DNA of 64,000 nt from Escherichia coli. GTDB taxonomy: Bacteria; Pseudomonadota; Gammaproteobacteria; Enterobacterales; Enterobacteriaceae. Both the position numbers and the translations under genes were made by a program. Positions 9,130 to 25,059 of the stretch are shown one piece after another; positions within the stretch are counted from its first letter, which is position 1, and every line of letters starts with the position of its first letter. Below the pieces are notes generated by a model. It searched no databases and had not been told where the DNA came from. It saw nothing but the letters and a program-made list of their open reading frames with translations. The stretch lies in the NCBI RefSeq assembly GCF_029227855.1, contig NZ_CP074356.1, one strand, 5' to 3'.

Positions 9130-9341
9130 TCAATTTCGCCACAGACATAACAATACAGCTAACTCTTATATTTTTACTAATAGCTATCGTAATAGCACCT
9201 TTAATAGCTCCTTTTGTCACAGGATATGTCAATGCTAATTATCACCCCTGCGGTAATAACACGGGGATTTTCCCAGGAGCAATCTATATTAAAAATGGCA
9301 TAAAATGTAATAATGAACATATTTCTCGCAAGGAAGATTAA
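9021..9341 (+). CDS. hypothetical small membrane ORF (frame 0); possibly the 3' part of a frameshifted gene with 8875..9129
   Basis: Overlaps previous ORF in another frame; one hydrophobic helix LTLIFLLIAIVIAPLIAPFV; no convincing own RBS; frames would join with one extra A at 9114-9120. Confidence 0.2.
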   Translation: MENVDSMLRFHIVFLVKYSCNFTNNNKIILNKKTKVINFATDITIQLTLIFLLIAIVIAPLIAPFVTGYVNANYHPCGNNTGIFPGAIYIKNGIKCNNEHISRKED

Positions 9342-9454
9342 GCAGTTAAATAATTAAATATTCTAAAACAAACAGTTTTTAACGCCGGATTCCATGTCCT
9401 TTCTTGCACTGTCTTTGTCAGGAACAATTTCTTATGCAAAGAATTTTGTATTAT

Positions 9455-9477
9455 TGCCGCCAGAAATTCCTGGCGGC
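9455..9477. terminator. hairpin between convergent cargo ORFs and yafT
   Basis: GCCGCCAG-aaattc-CTGGCGGC inverted repeat flanked by AT-rich sequence. Confidence 0.4.
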
Positions 9478-9489
9478 AGATATAATTTA

Positions 9490-10275
9490 TTATTGATAGC
9501 GGTTAACCAAATCTTTTACCATCGCTTTATAGGTCTTTTGCTTAAGTTGTATGATTTGCTGCTCTGTCATATCAGTCGTACTGGCTTCATTCTTGCCGGG
9601 AAATGGTGGAAGCACTTTATATTCATAATTCACCGGCGACCAGGCAGCCCACTCACCTGTAGCTACATCCACCAGCGTGAATCGCACCAGATAGCGCAGT
9701 GAGATTGTGTTAGTCAGTTTTTCATTTTTATAATCGGACCATACTGTTGATTTCAGTGCAGTGTCATATTTTCCTGTCTGCAACGTATCCTGGTAAACAA
9801 TAATCGCTTTCTGATGGCCTTTTGCCGCCACAAAACGTAATGCCTGCATCCAGTTCATATTTTCAGCACTGGCAACATCCTCGTTCTCATTTTTATCTTT
9901 GTTTTTGTTACAAGTCAGAGGCTTTTGTCTGTCCGGGATACCAGAGAATGTGGAAACAGTATAATATTTTCGCATCTCCTCCTGCATAATGGTTTCCGGT
10001 GCGCGGTTGCCGGATTGAACAAGTATTACAGGTGAATTAAGGGGAACGCGGAACTCATCTCCATCAAGCGCAGCTTGAATATCCTCCTCGGATACGGCTA
10101 GTGTGGTTTCATTACCAAATAAGTCTTTGTCTGTTAGTTGCTGCGGAGCGTTTTTATTAAAATTACTTTGTGTGGTTTGAGCTTTTTTCTTCTTTTCATC
10201 AATAAGAGATTCAGAGACACATCCTGCAAGCAGCGACAATAATACATATATACAACAAACCTTTTTTGAATTCAA
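9490..10275 (-). CDS. yafT: YafT lipoprotein, 261 aa
   Basis: Signal peptide with lipobox LLAGC; Lys/Asn-rich; AT-rich; sits beside aspV as in K-12. Confidence 0.85.
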   Translation of the reverse strand: MNSKKVCCIYVLLSLLAGCVSESLIDEKKKKAQTTQSNFNKNAPQQLTDKDLFGNETTLAVSEEDIQAALDGDEFRVPLNSPVILVQSGNRAPETIMQEEMRKYYTVSTFSGIPDRQKPLTCNKNKDKNENEDVASAENMNWMQALRFVAAKGHQKAIIVYQDTLQTGKYDTALKSTVWSDYKNEKLTNTISLRYLVRFTLVDVATGEWAAWSPVNYEYKVLPPFPGKNEASTTDMTEQQIIQLKQKTYKAMVKDLVNRYQ

Positions 10276-10546
10276 AATCGGACACTCCCTCGTCTGTCAT
10301 AATCATGGTAATGTTTAGCTAACGATTTTTAATTATATACTCCACTTGAATCAGAACAAACAAAAATAATATTAAATATTAATTCATTAAATCAATAGAA
10401 TAATAAAAATTATAACATGGAAATATATTTAAATTGAATGATTCGCTGGTATTATTAAATATTAATGAATGGTCAATCATATATAATTACCACATTTACA
10501 GCATAACAAAATAATTGAACGAAGAAATTGTGGGGTTTAAATACAA

Positions 10547-10582
10547 AAAAAACCGCAAAATTAAAAATTTTGCGGTTCTCTG
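10547..10582 (-). terminator. rho-independent terminator downstream of aspV
   Basis: On minus strand: stem AACCGCAAAAT/ATTTTGCGGTT followed by T8. Confidence 0.7.
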
Positions 10583-10604
10583 AACTCATTTTCATGAGTG
10601 AATT

Positions 10605-10681
10605 TGGCGGAACGGACGGGACTCGAACCCGCGACCCCCTGCGTGACAGGCAGGTATTCTAACCGACTGAACTACCGCTCC
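10605..10681 (-). tRNA. aspV: tRNA-Asp(GUC)
   Basis: 77-nt reverse complement of canonical E. coli tRNA-Asp including CCA; identical to the copy at 19539-19615. Confidence 0.95.
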
Positions 10682-10813
10682 GCGTTGTGTTCCGTTGGGA
10701 ACGAGGCGAATATTACGGATTGCCTCACCCTTCGTCAACGGTTTTTCTCATCTTTTGAATCGTTTGCTGCAAAAATCGCCCAAGTCGCTATTTTTAGCGC
10801 CTTTTACAGGTAT

Positions 10814-11545
10814 TTATGCCCGCCAGAGGCAGCTTCCGCCCTTTTTCTGCACCAGATCGAGACGGGCTTCATGTGCCGCAAGCTCTTCATCTGTCGCAAA
10901 AACAACGCGTAACTTACTTGCCTGACGCACAATGCGCTGAATTGTTGTTTCACCTTGTTGCTGTTGTGTCTCTCCTTCCATCGCAAAAGCCATCGACGTT
11001 TGACCACCAGTCATCGCCAGATAAACTTCCGCAAGGATCTGGGCATCGAGTAATGCCCCGTGCAACGTTCGTTTACTGTTATCTATTTCGTAGCGGGCAC
11101 ATAACGCATCGAGGCTGTTGCGCTTACCGGGAAACATTTTCCTCGCCACCGCAAGGCTATCGGTGACCTTACAGAAGGTATTGGTCTTCGGAATATCGCG
11201 CTTAAGCAACGAAAACTCGTAGTCCATAAAGCCGATATCGAACGCTGCGTTATGGATCACCAACTCCGCGCCGCGAATATAGTCCATGAACTCATCGGCT
11301 ACTTCGGCAAACGTGGGCTTATCGAGCAAAAATTCATCGGCAATACCATGTACGCCAAAGGCTTCCGGATCCACCAGCCGATCGGGTTTGAGATAAACAT
11401 GGAAGTTATTGCCCGTCAGGCGACGGTTCACCACTTCAACGGCACCAATCTCAATGATCTTGTGGCCTTCATAGTGCGCGCCAATCTGGTTCATACCGGT
11501 GGTTTCGGTATCGAGAACGATCTGGCGTGTAATTGCAGTGCTCAT
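10814..11545 (-). CDS. dnaQ: DNA polymerase III epsilon subunit (3'-5' proofreading exonuclease), 243 aa
   Basis: Translation [20 protein letters not shown]... matches DnaQ; start chosen at the conserved Met (ORF extends 3 codons further). Confidence 0.95.
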
Positions 11546-11609
11546 AGCGGTCATTTATGTCAGACTTATCGTTTTACAGTTCGATTCAATTACAGGAAGT
11601 CTACCAGAG

Positions 11610-12077
11610 ATGCTTAAACAGGTAGAAATTTTCACCGATGGTTCGTGTCTGGGTAATCCAGGACCTGGGGGTTACGGCGCTATTTTACGCTATCGCGGAC
11701 GCGAGAAAACCTTTAGCGCAGGCTACACCCGCACCACCAACAACCGTATGGAGTTGATGGCCGCTATTGTCGCGCTGGAGGCGTTAAAAGAACATTGCGA
11801 AGTCATTTTGAGTACCGACAGCCAGTATGTCCGCCAGGGTATCACCCAGTGGATCCATAACTGGAAAAAACGTGGCTGGAAAACCGCAGACAAAAAACCA
11901 GTAAAAAATGTCGATCTCTGGCAACGTCTTGATGCTGCGCTGGGGCAGCATCAAATCAAATGGGAATGGGTTAAAGGCCATGCCGGTCATCCAGAAAACG
12001 AACGTTGCGATGAACTGGCTCGTGCCGCAGCGATGAATCCCACACTGGAAGATACGGGCTATCAAGTCGAAGTTTAA
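11610..12077 (+). CDS. rnhA: ribonuclease HI, 155 aa
   Basis: [26 protein letters not shown]...; divergent from dnaQ. Confidence 0.95.
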
Positions 12078-12796
12078 GCCTGTGGTTTACGACATTGCCG
12101 GGTGGCTCCAACCGCCTGGCGAATTCGTGGCTTGTTTTTACTCTGTTTCATCGGATTTAGCGTTAAAGGAATAGTCCGTTTCCGGGCGACAATAAGTTGT
12201 AAGCAACCAAGCGCAGGAATATGCGCATTCAATAGTTTTCCACCGTGTTTGTTCCACGGGAGAACGTGGAAACGGCTGGCGTGTAGCACTTCAAAATTCA
12301 ACAAAGAGAGCCAGTCCAGCTGCCGCATCAGAGTAAACATCCGGCTATTATAGGGCGAGGTTTTGCGCAATACCGGCACAAGTTTTCGTAATCCCATTAA
12401 ACTGATGGGATTGAAGCCACTAATCACCAGCCAGCCATCATCAATCAATACCCGATCGGCTTCACGCAATAAACGATGCGGATCGGTGCACCACGGCAAT
12501 GTATGTGCCAGTAGACAAACATCAACGGATTTATCGGCAAAAGGAAGATGAAGTGGGTCCGCCTGCACCTGGACGGGCAGTCCTTGCGCAGAAACATTCA
12601 CTTGATGAGAAACCGCGCACGCTTCGCAATTGATTTCTGCGCTTAAATTGCCAATCTTAAGCAGATGAAAACCATACATTTTAGTGAACCACGGGTTGAG
12701 CTGGCGCTCCAGCGCCTTGCGATAAAGCTCTCCCCAGGGCAAATCGCCCCAGCAATCAGGAGCCACGACAGTTTGAGGGACTCTTGCCGGTTTCAT
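12074..12796 (-). CDS. yafS: SAM-dependent methyltransferase YafS, 240 aa
   Basis: Recognised YafS-like sequence [22 protein letters not shown]...; start taken at second Met to match known length. Confidence 0.8.
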
Positions 12797-12826
12797 CACA
12801 ACCTTCCGTTTCACACTGAGAGGTAA

Positions 12827-13585
<759 letters not shown>

Positions 13586-13656
13586 TAAAACTTTCTTGTC
13601 ATCGGCTCCGTTCGCCGTTATGATCGGTCGTCTTTTAAGCAACTATTGACACACAC

Positions 13657-15015
13657 ATGAAGGCAAAAGCGATATTACTCGCCTCTGTCCTGCTCGTGGG
13701 TTGCCAGAGTACCGGCAACGTTCAACAGCACGCACAGAGCCTTTCTGCAGCTGGTCAAGGGGAAGCAGCAAAGTTTACAAGTCAGGCACGATGGATGGAC
13801 GATGGGACGTCTATCGCGCCAGATGGTGACTTGTGGGCTTTCATTGGCGACGAGCTAAAGATGGGAATTCCGGAAAATGACCGGATTCGCGAACAGAAAC
13901 AGAAATATTTACGCAATAAGAGCTATCTCCACGATGTAACTTTACGGGCAGAGCCGTATATGTACTGGATAGCCGGGCAAGTTAAAAAACGTAACATGCC
14001 TATGGAACTGGTACTACTACCCATAGTGGAGAGCGCTTTTGATCCTCACGCAACGTCTGGCGCCAATGCAGCAGGCATCTGGCAGATCATTCCGAGCACG
14101 GGGCGCAATTATGGTTTGAAACAGACCCGCAATTATGACGCGCGTCGCGATGTTGTTGCTTCAACAACTGCCGCGCTGAACATGATGCAGCGTCTGAACA
14201 AGATGTTTGACGGCGACTGGCTTCTGACCGTAGCGGCTTATAACAGCGGCGAAGGTCGAGTCATGAAGGCAATTAAAACGAACAAAGCGCGTGGGAAATC
14301 CACGGACTTCTGGTCGTTACCGTTGCCGCAGGAAACGAAGCAGTACGTGCCTAAAATGCTGGCATTGAGTGATATTCTCAAAAACAGCAAGCGTTATGGC
14401 GTACGTCTGCCAACGACCGATGAAAGCCGTGCTCTGGCGCGTGTGCACCTGAGCAGCCCAGTTGAAATGGCGAAGGTTGCAGATATGGCGGGGATTTCCG
14501 TCAGCAAGCTTAAGACATTCAACGCTGGCGTGAAAGGCTCCACGCTGGGCGCAAGTGGTCCGCAGTACGTGATGGTGCCAAAGAAGCATGCAGATCAACT
14601 GCGTGAATCTCTGGCTTCGGGCGAAATTGCTGCTGTACAGTCGACGCTGGTTGCCGACAATACGCCGCTTAACAGCCGTGTTTACACCGTACGCTCTGGC
14701 GACACGCTTTCAAGTATCGCTTCACGTCTCGGCGTTAGCACCAAAGATTTGCAGCAGTGGAACAAACTGCGCGGATCTAAGCTGAAGCCAGGCCAAAGCT
14801 TGACGATTGGCGCAGGTAGTAGCGCACAGCGGTTGGCAAACAACAGCGATAGCATTACATATCGTGTGCGCAAAGGCGATTCGCTTTCAAGCATTGCTAA
14901 ACGCCACGGCGTGAACATCAAAGATGTGATGCGCTGGAACAGCGATACTGCGAATCTGCAACCAGGCGATAAGCTGACGTTGTTTGTGAAAAACAACAAC
15001 ATGCCAGATTCCTGA
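13657..15015 (+). CDS. mltD: membrane-bound lytic murein transglycosylase D, 452 aa
   Basis: Lipoprotein signal LLVGC, transglycosylase core, C-terminal LysM repeats. Confidence 0.9.
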   Translation: MKAKAILLASVLLVGCQSTGNVQQHAQSLSAAGQGEAAKFTSQARWMDDGTSIAPDGDLWAFIGDELKMGIPENDRIREQKQKYLRNKSYLHDVTLRAEPYMYWIAGQVKKRNMPMELVLLPIVESAFDPHATSGANAAGIWQIIPSTGRNYGLKQTRNYDARRDVVASTTAALNMMQRLNKMFDGDWLLTVAAYNSGEGRVMKAIKTNKARGKSTDFWSLPLPQETKQYVPKMLALSDILKNSKRYGVRLPTTDESRALARVHLSSPVEMAKVADMAGISVSKLKTFNAGVKGSTLGASGPQYVMVPKKHADQLRESLASGEIAAVQSTLVADNTPLNSRVYTVRSGDTLSSIASRLGVSTKDLQQWNKLRGSKLKPGQSLTIGAGSSAQRLANNSDSITYRVRKGDSLSSIAKRHGVNIKDVMRWNSDTANLQPGDKLTLFVKNNNMPDS

Positions 15016-15034
15016 CAAATCAGATAATAAATAT

Positions 15035-15058
15035 CCTCCGGCATAGCCGGAGGTTTTT
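15035..15058 (+). terminator. rho-independent terminator of mltD
   Basis: CCTCCGGC-ata-GCCGGAGG stem followed by TTTTT. Confidence 0.75.
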
Positions 15059-15061
15059 CAA

Positions 15062-15742
15062 ATGCGCCTATAAGGCTCTCTTACCAGCCGCGCCCTAACA
15101 GGCGCACACGATCTGACATTTGCATCCAACTTCGTTACTTACGGCCCGTAAACGGGCTGCCCGGATAGGGAATCGATAACTGCTCTCCCATTTTATCCTC
15201 TTCAAGCTGGTGCTTTATGTAATCCTGTATCTTCGCCGTGTTCTTACCCACTGTATCGACGTAGTACCCTCTGCACCAGAACTCCCTGTTCCTGTATTTG
15301 AATTTCAAATCACCAAACTGCTCGTAAAGCATCAGACTGCTTTTCCCTTTCAGATATCCCATAAACCCGGATACGCTCATTTTGGGCGGGATCTCCACAA
15401 GCATATGGATATGATCTGCACAGCATTCAGCTTCCAGAATCCGTACGCTTTTCCACTCACACAGCTTTCTCAAAATACTGCCTATTGCTCTACGCTTCTC
15501 TCTGTAGAACACCTGTCTTCGGTATTTTGGCGCAAAAACTATGTGATATTTACAGTTCCATCGGGTGTGCGCTAAGCTCTTTTCGTTCCCCATTGGGACC
15601 CCCTTTTGATTTCTTGTTTGACACTTGCAGTTGCCAGACCGCAAAGTGTTTTAACAAATCAAAAGGGGTTTTAATAACTGGCTCAAAGCTGAAAGCTTTC
15701 CGGAACCCCCAGCCTAGCTGGGGGTTTTCTGTGCACAATGAA
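15062..15742 (-). mobile_element. IS200-family insertion sequence (IS200/IS605 family), boundaries approximate (+/-30 bp)
   Basis: Single 152-aa Y1 transposase ORF; perfect palindrome AACCCCCAGC-cta-GCTGGGGGTT at 15704-15727; 5' UTR inverted repeat 15596-15672 pairing with the SD; ~0.7 kb extra DNA between convergent mltD and yafE. Confidence 0.65.
15135..15593 (-). CDS. tnpA: IS200-family transposase TnpA (HUH Y1 transposase), 152 aa
   Basis: MGNEKSLAHTRWNCKYHIVFAPKYRR...HIHMLVEIPPK... with HUH motif; start at internal ATG 15593 with GGGGG SD. Confidence 0.85.
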   Translation of the reverse strand: MGNEKSLAHTRWNCKYHIVFAPKYRRQVFYREKRRAIGSILRKLCEWKSVRILEAECCADHIHMLVEIPPKMSVSGFMGYLKGKSSLMLYEQFGDLKFKYRNREFWCRGYYVDTVGKNTAKIQDYIKHQLEEDKMGEQLSIPYPGSPFTGRK

Positions 15743-15743
15743 A

Positions 15744-15770
15744 GGCACCGATTCCCCCGGTGCCTTTTTT
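15744..15770. terminator. hairpin downstream of yafE stop (likely native yafE/mltD terminator)
   Basis: GGCACCG-attcccc-CGGTGCC with A-run on one side and T6 on the other. Confidence 0.5.
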
Positions 15771-15772
15771 AT

Positions 15773-16543
15773 TTATGCTGCTTTATGTGCTTCTACAATG
15801 ATGATATCACTGGTGAAAGAGCCATCATTCTGCAAGGCAAAATACGTTTTCACCTCTGTCGATGCGCTCTGTTGGTAAATGCGAATAGCGTCTACTAACG
15901 CTTCTGGCGTACGCATTCTCGCGACCCATGAAGAAAATTCCAGCGGTAACTTATCTGTAATTAAATTATCAACTATCAGATTGGCTTCATTGATTAACGT
16001 CAACCACTCACCGCTGGCGTAGTTTCGTACGTGAGAGGTATCGCGTAATGCTTCTACCGTCTGTAACCAGACGTCGCGCACTGGGTGCCCCGGAGACATT
16101 ACGTCCATCACAATCAGCCTACCGCCAGGTTTCAATATCCTATTCACTTCTCGCAGTGCTGCACCAACATCATGCCAGTGATGGGCAGAATAACGGCTGA
16201 TAACAATATCAAATGCGTTATCGGCAAATGGCAGACTTTCGACATAACCCTGGCGGGTGGTGATATTTTTCAGTTGCCGGGCTTCGGCAGCTTGTGCCAC
16301 GACATCCAGCATGTGGGCAGATAAGTCATACGCCACCACCGCGCTCACGTTCTGCGCAGCGACAAAGCTGGCATGCCCTGCTCCGCAGCCCATATCAAGT
16401 ACACTTGCATCAGGATAATCAGCCAGACGCACCGCCAGGCGCTGTAAATCCCGTCCGGATGCATGTACGGTACTAGTCAGATATTCGCTAGCTTGAGAGC
16501 TAAACTGCTTTTCTACGTGGTCATGGTGGGATTGTGATGTCAT
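15773..16543 (-). CDS. yafE: SAM-dependent methyltransferase YafE; full ORF 256 aa
   Basis: Contains SAM-binding motif VLDMGCGAGH; longest ORF annotated, shorter internal starts possible. Confidence 0.8.
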   Translation of the reverse strand: MTSQSHHDHVEKQFSSQASEYLTSTVHASGRDLQRLAVRLADYPDASVLDMGCGAGHASFVAAQNVSAVVAYDLSAHMLDVVAQAAEARQLKNITTRQGYVESLPFADNAFDIVISRYSAHHWHDVGAALREVNRILKPGGRLIVMDVMSPGHPVRDVWLQTVEALRDTSHVRNYASGEWLTLINEANLIVDNLITDKLPLEFSSWVARMRTPEALVDAIRIYQQSASTEVKTYFALQNDGSFTSDIIIVEAHKAA

Positions 16544-16620
16544 TGCGCTGTCCTTTTGTTGTTTGAGTATAAAAGGGCAGCGCCAAACGTTGGTCTGCCC
16601 TGTGGCAGACCTGACATACC

Positions 16621-17472
<852 letters not shown>

Positions 17473-17661
17473 CTACTGTTATAGGGATTTTAGCTCACTC
17501 TTTCAACGAGCAATTGTATATTGTTATGTAAGCAAGTGCTTACACCGGTCAGAAATTTGCTCATTATTGAGAACATTAAATCGGATGACATATCACGCAT
17601 CCTGATGGTTTAATGACAAATAAATTCAAAATATCTCATCTATTTTGCAACAGGAGCAAAA

Positions 17662-18576
17662 ATGAAAGCCACGTCGGAAGAACTCGCCATTTTTGTTTCG
17701 GTCGTCGAAAGCGGCAGCTTTAGCCGGGCAGCGGAACAATTAGGGCAAGCAAACTCAGCGGTAAGCCGGGCGGTGAAGAAGCTGGAGATGAAACTTGGCG
17801 TTAGCCTGCTTAATCGGACCACGCGGCAACTTAGCCTGACGGAAGAAGGCGAGCGTTATTTTCGTCGCGTACAGTCAATTTTGCAGGAGATGGCAGCGGC
17901 AGAATCAGAAATTATGGAGACGCGTAATACACCGCGTGGACTGTTGCGCATCGATGCCGCAACTCCAGTAGTGCTGCACTTTCTGATGCCGTTGATTAAG
18001 CCTTTCCGTGAACGCTATCCGGAAGTCACTTTATCACTAGTCTCCTCCGAAACGATTATTAATTTGATCGAAAGAAAAGTGGATGTCGCGATACGCGCCG
18101 GTACGTTAACGGATTCCAGCTTACGTGCCAGGCCGTTATTTAACAGTTATCGAAAAATTATAGCCTCCCCCGATTATATTTCCCGCTATGGGAAGCCAGA
18201 AACGATCGACGATTTAAAGCAACATGTTTGCCTGGGATTCACTGAACCCGCTTCCCTCAATACCTGGCCGATAGCCTGTAGCGATGGACAATTACATGAG
18301 GTGAAGTACGGTTTGTCATCCAATAGTGGGGAAACACTGAAACAGCTTTGCCTGAGTGGCAACGGGATTGCGTGTTTGTCCGACTACATGATCGACAGAG
18401 AAATCGCTCGCGGAGAATTGGTGGCGCTAATGGCAGATAAAGTGTTGCCAGTGGAAATGCCATTCAGTGCAGTCTATTACAGCGACCGTGCGGTAAGTAC
18501 GCGCATCCGGGCTTTTATCGATTTCCTTAGCGAGCATGTAAAAACAGCTCCCGGAGGAGCTGTCAGAGAGGCTTAA
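17662..18576 (+). CDS. yafC: LysR-family transcriptional regulator YafC, 304 aa
   Basis: N-terminal HTH ([32 protein letters not shown]) plus LysR substrate-binding domain. Confidence 0.85.
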   Translation: MKATSEELAIFVSVVESGSFSRAAEQLGQANSAVSRAVKKLEMKLGVSLLNRTTRQLSLTEEGERYFRRVQSILQEMAAAESEIMETRNTPRGLLRIDAATPVVLHFLMPLIKPFRERYPEVTLSLVSSETIINLIERKVDVAIRAGTLTDSSLRARPLFNSYRKIIASPDYISRYGKPETIDDLKQHVCLGFTEPASLNTWPIACSDGQLHEVKYGLSSNSGETLKQLCLSGNGIACLSDYMIDREIARGELVALMADKVLPVEMPFSAVYYSDRAVSTRIRAFIDFLSEHVKTAPGGAVREA

Positions 18577-19376
18577 TCCCATTCAGGAGCCAGACCTTCC
18601 GGGCTAACCAGGCGGTCGTTGCAATCCAGTGCGGCGATCGCTTTTTTATCTTCGGCATCAAGCTGTAAATTTTGTGCCTTAAGATTACTTTCCAGGTTTT
18701 TACGTTTAGTAGAAGAAGGAATTACTGAGTAACCTTCCCCCATAGCCCACGCCAGAATCACTTGTGCCGGAGTCGCATTGTGTTTAGCTGCGATACGAGC
18801 AATAACCTCATCTTTCAGGGCCTTACCATACGCCAGCGTCATATAGGAAGTAATATGGATGCCGTGCTGTTTAGCCCAGGCAACCACTTTACGGTTTTGC
18901 AGATAAGGAGAGAGTTCAATCTGGTTAGTAGCGATGTTTTCAGCACCAACAGCAGCAATCGCTTTTTCCATCAATGGGATCGTGAAGTTGGAAATACCGA
19001 TCTCACGCGTCAGCCCTTGTTTTTTGGCTTCCAGCAGCGCCTGCATAAACTCTTCAACAGAGACTTCATCGTTTGGTGACGGCCAGTGGATTAGCGTCAG
19101 ATCAACATAATCAGTACGCAATTTTTGCAGGCTCTCTTGCAGACTCGGGATCAATTTGTCTTTGCTGAGATTTTCAATCCAGATTTTAGTGGTGATGTAG
19201 AGTTCATGACGTGGCACGCCACTTTCTGCAATCGCCTGACCTACGGCAGCTTCGTTATCATAGATTTGTGCGGTATCAATTGCGCGATAACTAAGTTCAA
19301 GCGCCGTTTTCACAGATGAAATAACAACGTCGTCTTTGAGACGGAAAGTACCTAAACCAAATGCAGGGATAGCCAT
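18573..19376 (-). CDS. dkgB: 2,5-diketo-D-gluconate reductase B (aldo-keto reductase), 267 aa
   Basis: Aldo-keto reductase fold; matches DkgB/YafB. Confidence 0.9.
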   Translation of the reverse strand: MAIPAFGLGTFRLKDDVVISSVKTALELSYRAIDTAQIYDNEAAVGQAIAESGVPRHELYITTKIWIENLSKDKLIPSLQESLQKLRTDYVDLTLIHWPSPNDEVSVEEFMQALLEAKKQGLTREIGISNFTIPLMEKAIAAVGAENIATNQIELSPYLQNRKVVAWAKQHGIHITSYMTLAYGKALKDEVIARIAAKHNATPAQVILAWAMGEGYSVIPSSTKRKNLESNLKAQNLQLDAEDKKAIAALDCNDRLVSPEGLAPEWD

Positions 19377-19498
19377 AATATGCCTCTTTTAATGCTATTT
19401 TCGTTAACTGAGGTGATTATGGGCTTCAGACTGTTGCGGAAAAAGAGCGTAAAATGCAGAGGATTTTTGCGATTCTGGCAATAATAGATATACAGACG

Positions 19499-19529
19499 AA
19501 AAAAAACCTCGAGCGTTAACTCGAGGCTT
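19499..19529 (-). terminator. rrnH operon terminator
   Basis: On minus strand: GCCTCGAG-ttaacg-CTCGAGG hairpin followed by T8. Confidence 0.75.
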
Positions 19530-19538
19530 CTTAATAAG

Positions 19539-19615
19539 TGGCGGAACGGACGGGACTCGAACCCGCGACCCCCTGCGTGACAGGCAGGTATTCTAACCGA
19601 CTGAACTACCGCTCC
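19539..19615 (-). tRNA. aspU: tRNA-Asp(GUC), distal tRNA of rrnH
   Basis: 77-nt reverse complement of canonical tRNA-Asp including CCA. Confidence 0.95.
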
Positions 19616-19667
19616 ACCGAATTCTTTTACAACCACCGGTTTTATGACCGGCTTACTGCTAAATTTG

Positions 19668-19787
19668 ATGCCTGGCAGTTCCCTACTCTCGCATGGGGAG
19701 ACCCCACACTACCATCGGCGCTACGGCGTTTCACTTCTGAGTTCGGCATGGGGTCAGGTGGGACCACCGCGCTAAGGCCGCCAGGCA
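19668..19787 (-). rRNA. rrfH: 5S ribosomal RNA
   Basis: 120-nt reverse complement of E. coli 5S rRNA; one difference from the copy I recall. Confidence 0.95.
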
Positions 19788-19878
19788 AATTCTGTTTATC
19801 AGACCGCTTCTGCGTTCTGATTTAATCTGTATCAGGCTGAAAATCTTCTCTCATCCGCCAAAACATCTTCGGCGTTGT

Positions 19879-22783
<2,905 letters not shown>

Positions 22784-22966
22784 TCACAACCCGAAGATGT
22801 TTCTTTCGATTCATCATCGTGTTGCGAAAATTTGAGAGACTCACGAACAACTTTCGTTGTTCAGTGTTTCAATTTTCAGCTTGATCCAGATTTTTAAAGA
22901 GCAAAACTTCGCAGTGAACCTTTGCAGGTACACTCTGAAGTATTTTTTATTTAATCACTACAGAGA

Positions 22967-23042
22967 TGGTGGAGCTATGCGGGATCGAACCGCAGACCTC
23001 CTGCGTGCAAAGCAGGCGCTCTCCCAGCTGAGCTATAGCCCC
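22967..23042 (-). tRNA. alaV: tRNA-Ala(UGC), spacer tRNA
   Basis: Reverse complement of GGGGCTATAGCTCAGCTGGGAGAGCGCCTGCTTTGCACGCAGGAGGTCTGCGGTTCGATCCCGCATAGCTCCACCA. Confidence 0.95.
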
Positions 23043-23084
23043 ATAACATGTAGTTAAAACCTCTTCAAATTTGCGGTGCAAATT

Positions 23085-23161
<77 letters not shown>

Positions 23162-23229
23162 GTAGAGGTTTTACTGCTCATTTTCATCAGACAATCTGTG
23201 TGAGCACTGCAAAGAACGCTTCTTTAAGG

Positions 23230-24771
<1,542 letters not shown>

Positions 24772-24903
24772 AAAAGTTTGATGCTCAAAGAATTAAACTT
24801 CGTAATGAATTACGTGTTCACTCTTGAGACTTGGTATTCATTTTTCGTCTTGCGACGTTAAGAATCCGTATCTTCGAGCGCCCACACAGATTGTCTGATA
24901 AAT

Positions 24904-24916
24904 TGTTAAAGAGCAG
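24904..24916 (-). promoter_or_regulatory. boxA antitermination element in rrn leader
   Basis: Reverse complement reads TGCTCTTTAACAA between P2 and 16S. Confidence 0.7.
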
Positions 24917-24949
24917 TTGCGACGCGGCTTTCAGCTCACTGTCGCGAGG

Positions 24950-24990
24950 TGGCGTATATTACGCTTTCCTCTTTCAGAGTCAACCCTGAA
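24950..24990 (-). promoter_or_regulatory. rrnH P2 promoter
   Basis: Minus strand TTGACT (24978-24983) and TAATAT (24956-24961); matches the rrn P2 sequence TTGACTCTGAAAGAGGAAAGCGTAATATAC. Confidence 0.7.
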
Positions 24991-25059
24991 TTTCAGGATT
25001 TTTCTCTTCAACCGAACCGGCTGTTTGTGTGAAGTGATTCACATCCGCCGTGTCGATGG

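Noticed and set aside
9394-9702. 102-aa plus-strand ORF overlapping the 3' end of yafT
   Set aside because: Mostly antisense to yafT and begins within the yafT terminator hairpin region; no RBS.
10598-10925. ORFs 10598..10912 and 10695..10925 (+) overlapping aspV and the 3' end of dnaQ
   Set aside because: Overlap a bona fide tRNA and run antisense to dnaQ; no RBS; not coding.
19668-19787. Single-nucleotide difference in the 5S rRNA relative to the sequence I recall (GCCUUAGC instead of GCCGUAGC near position 13)
   Set aside because: rRNA operon copies are known to be slightly heterogeneous and my recalled reference may be a different copy; not evidence of anything unusual.
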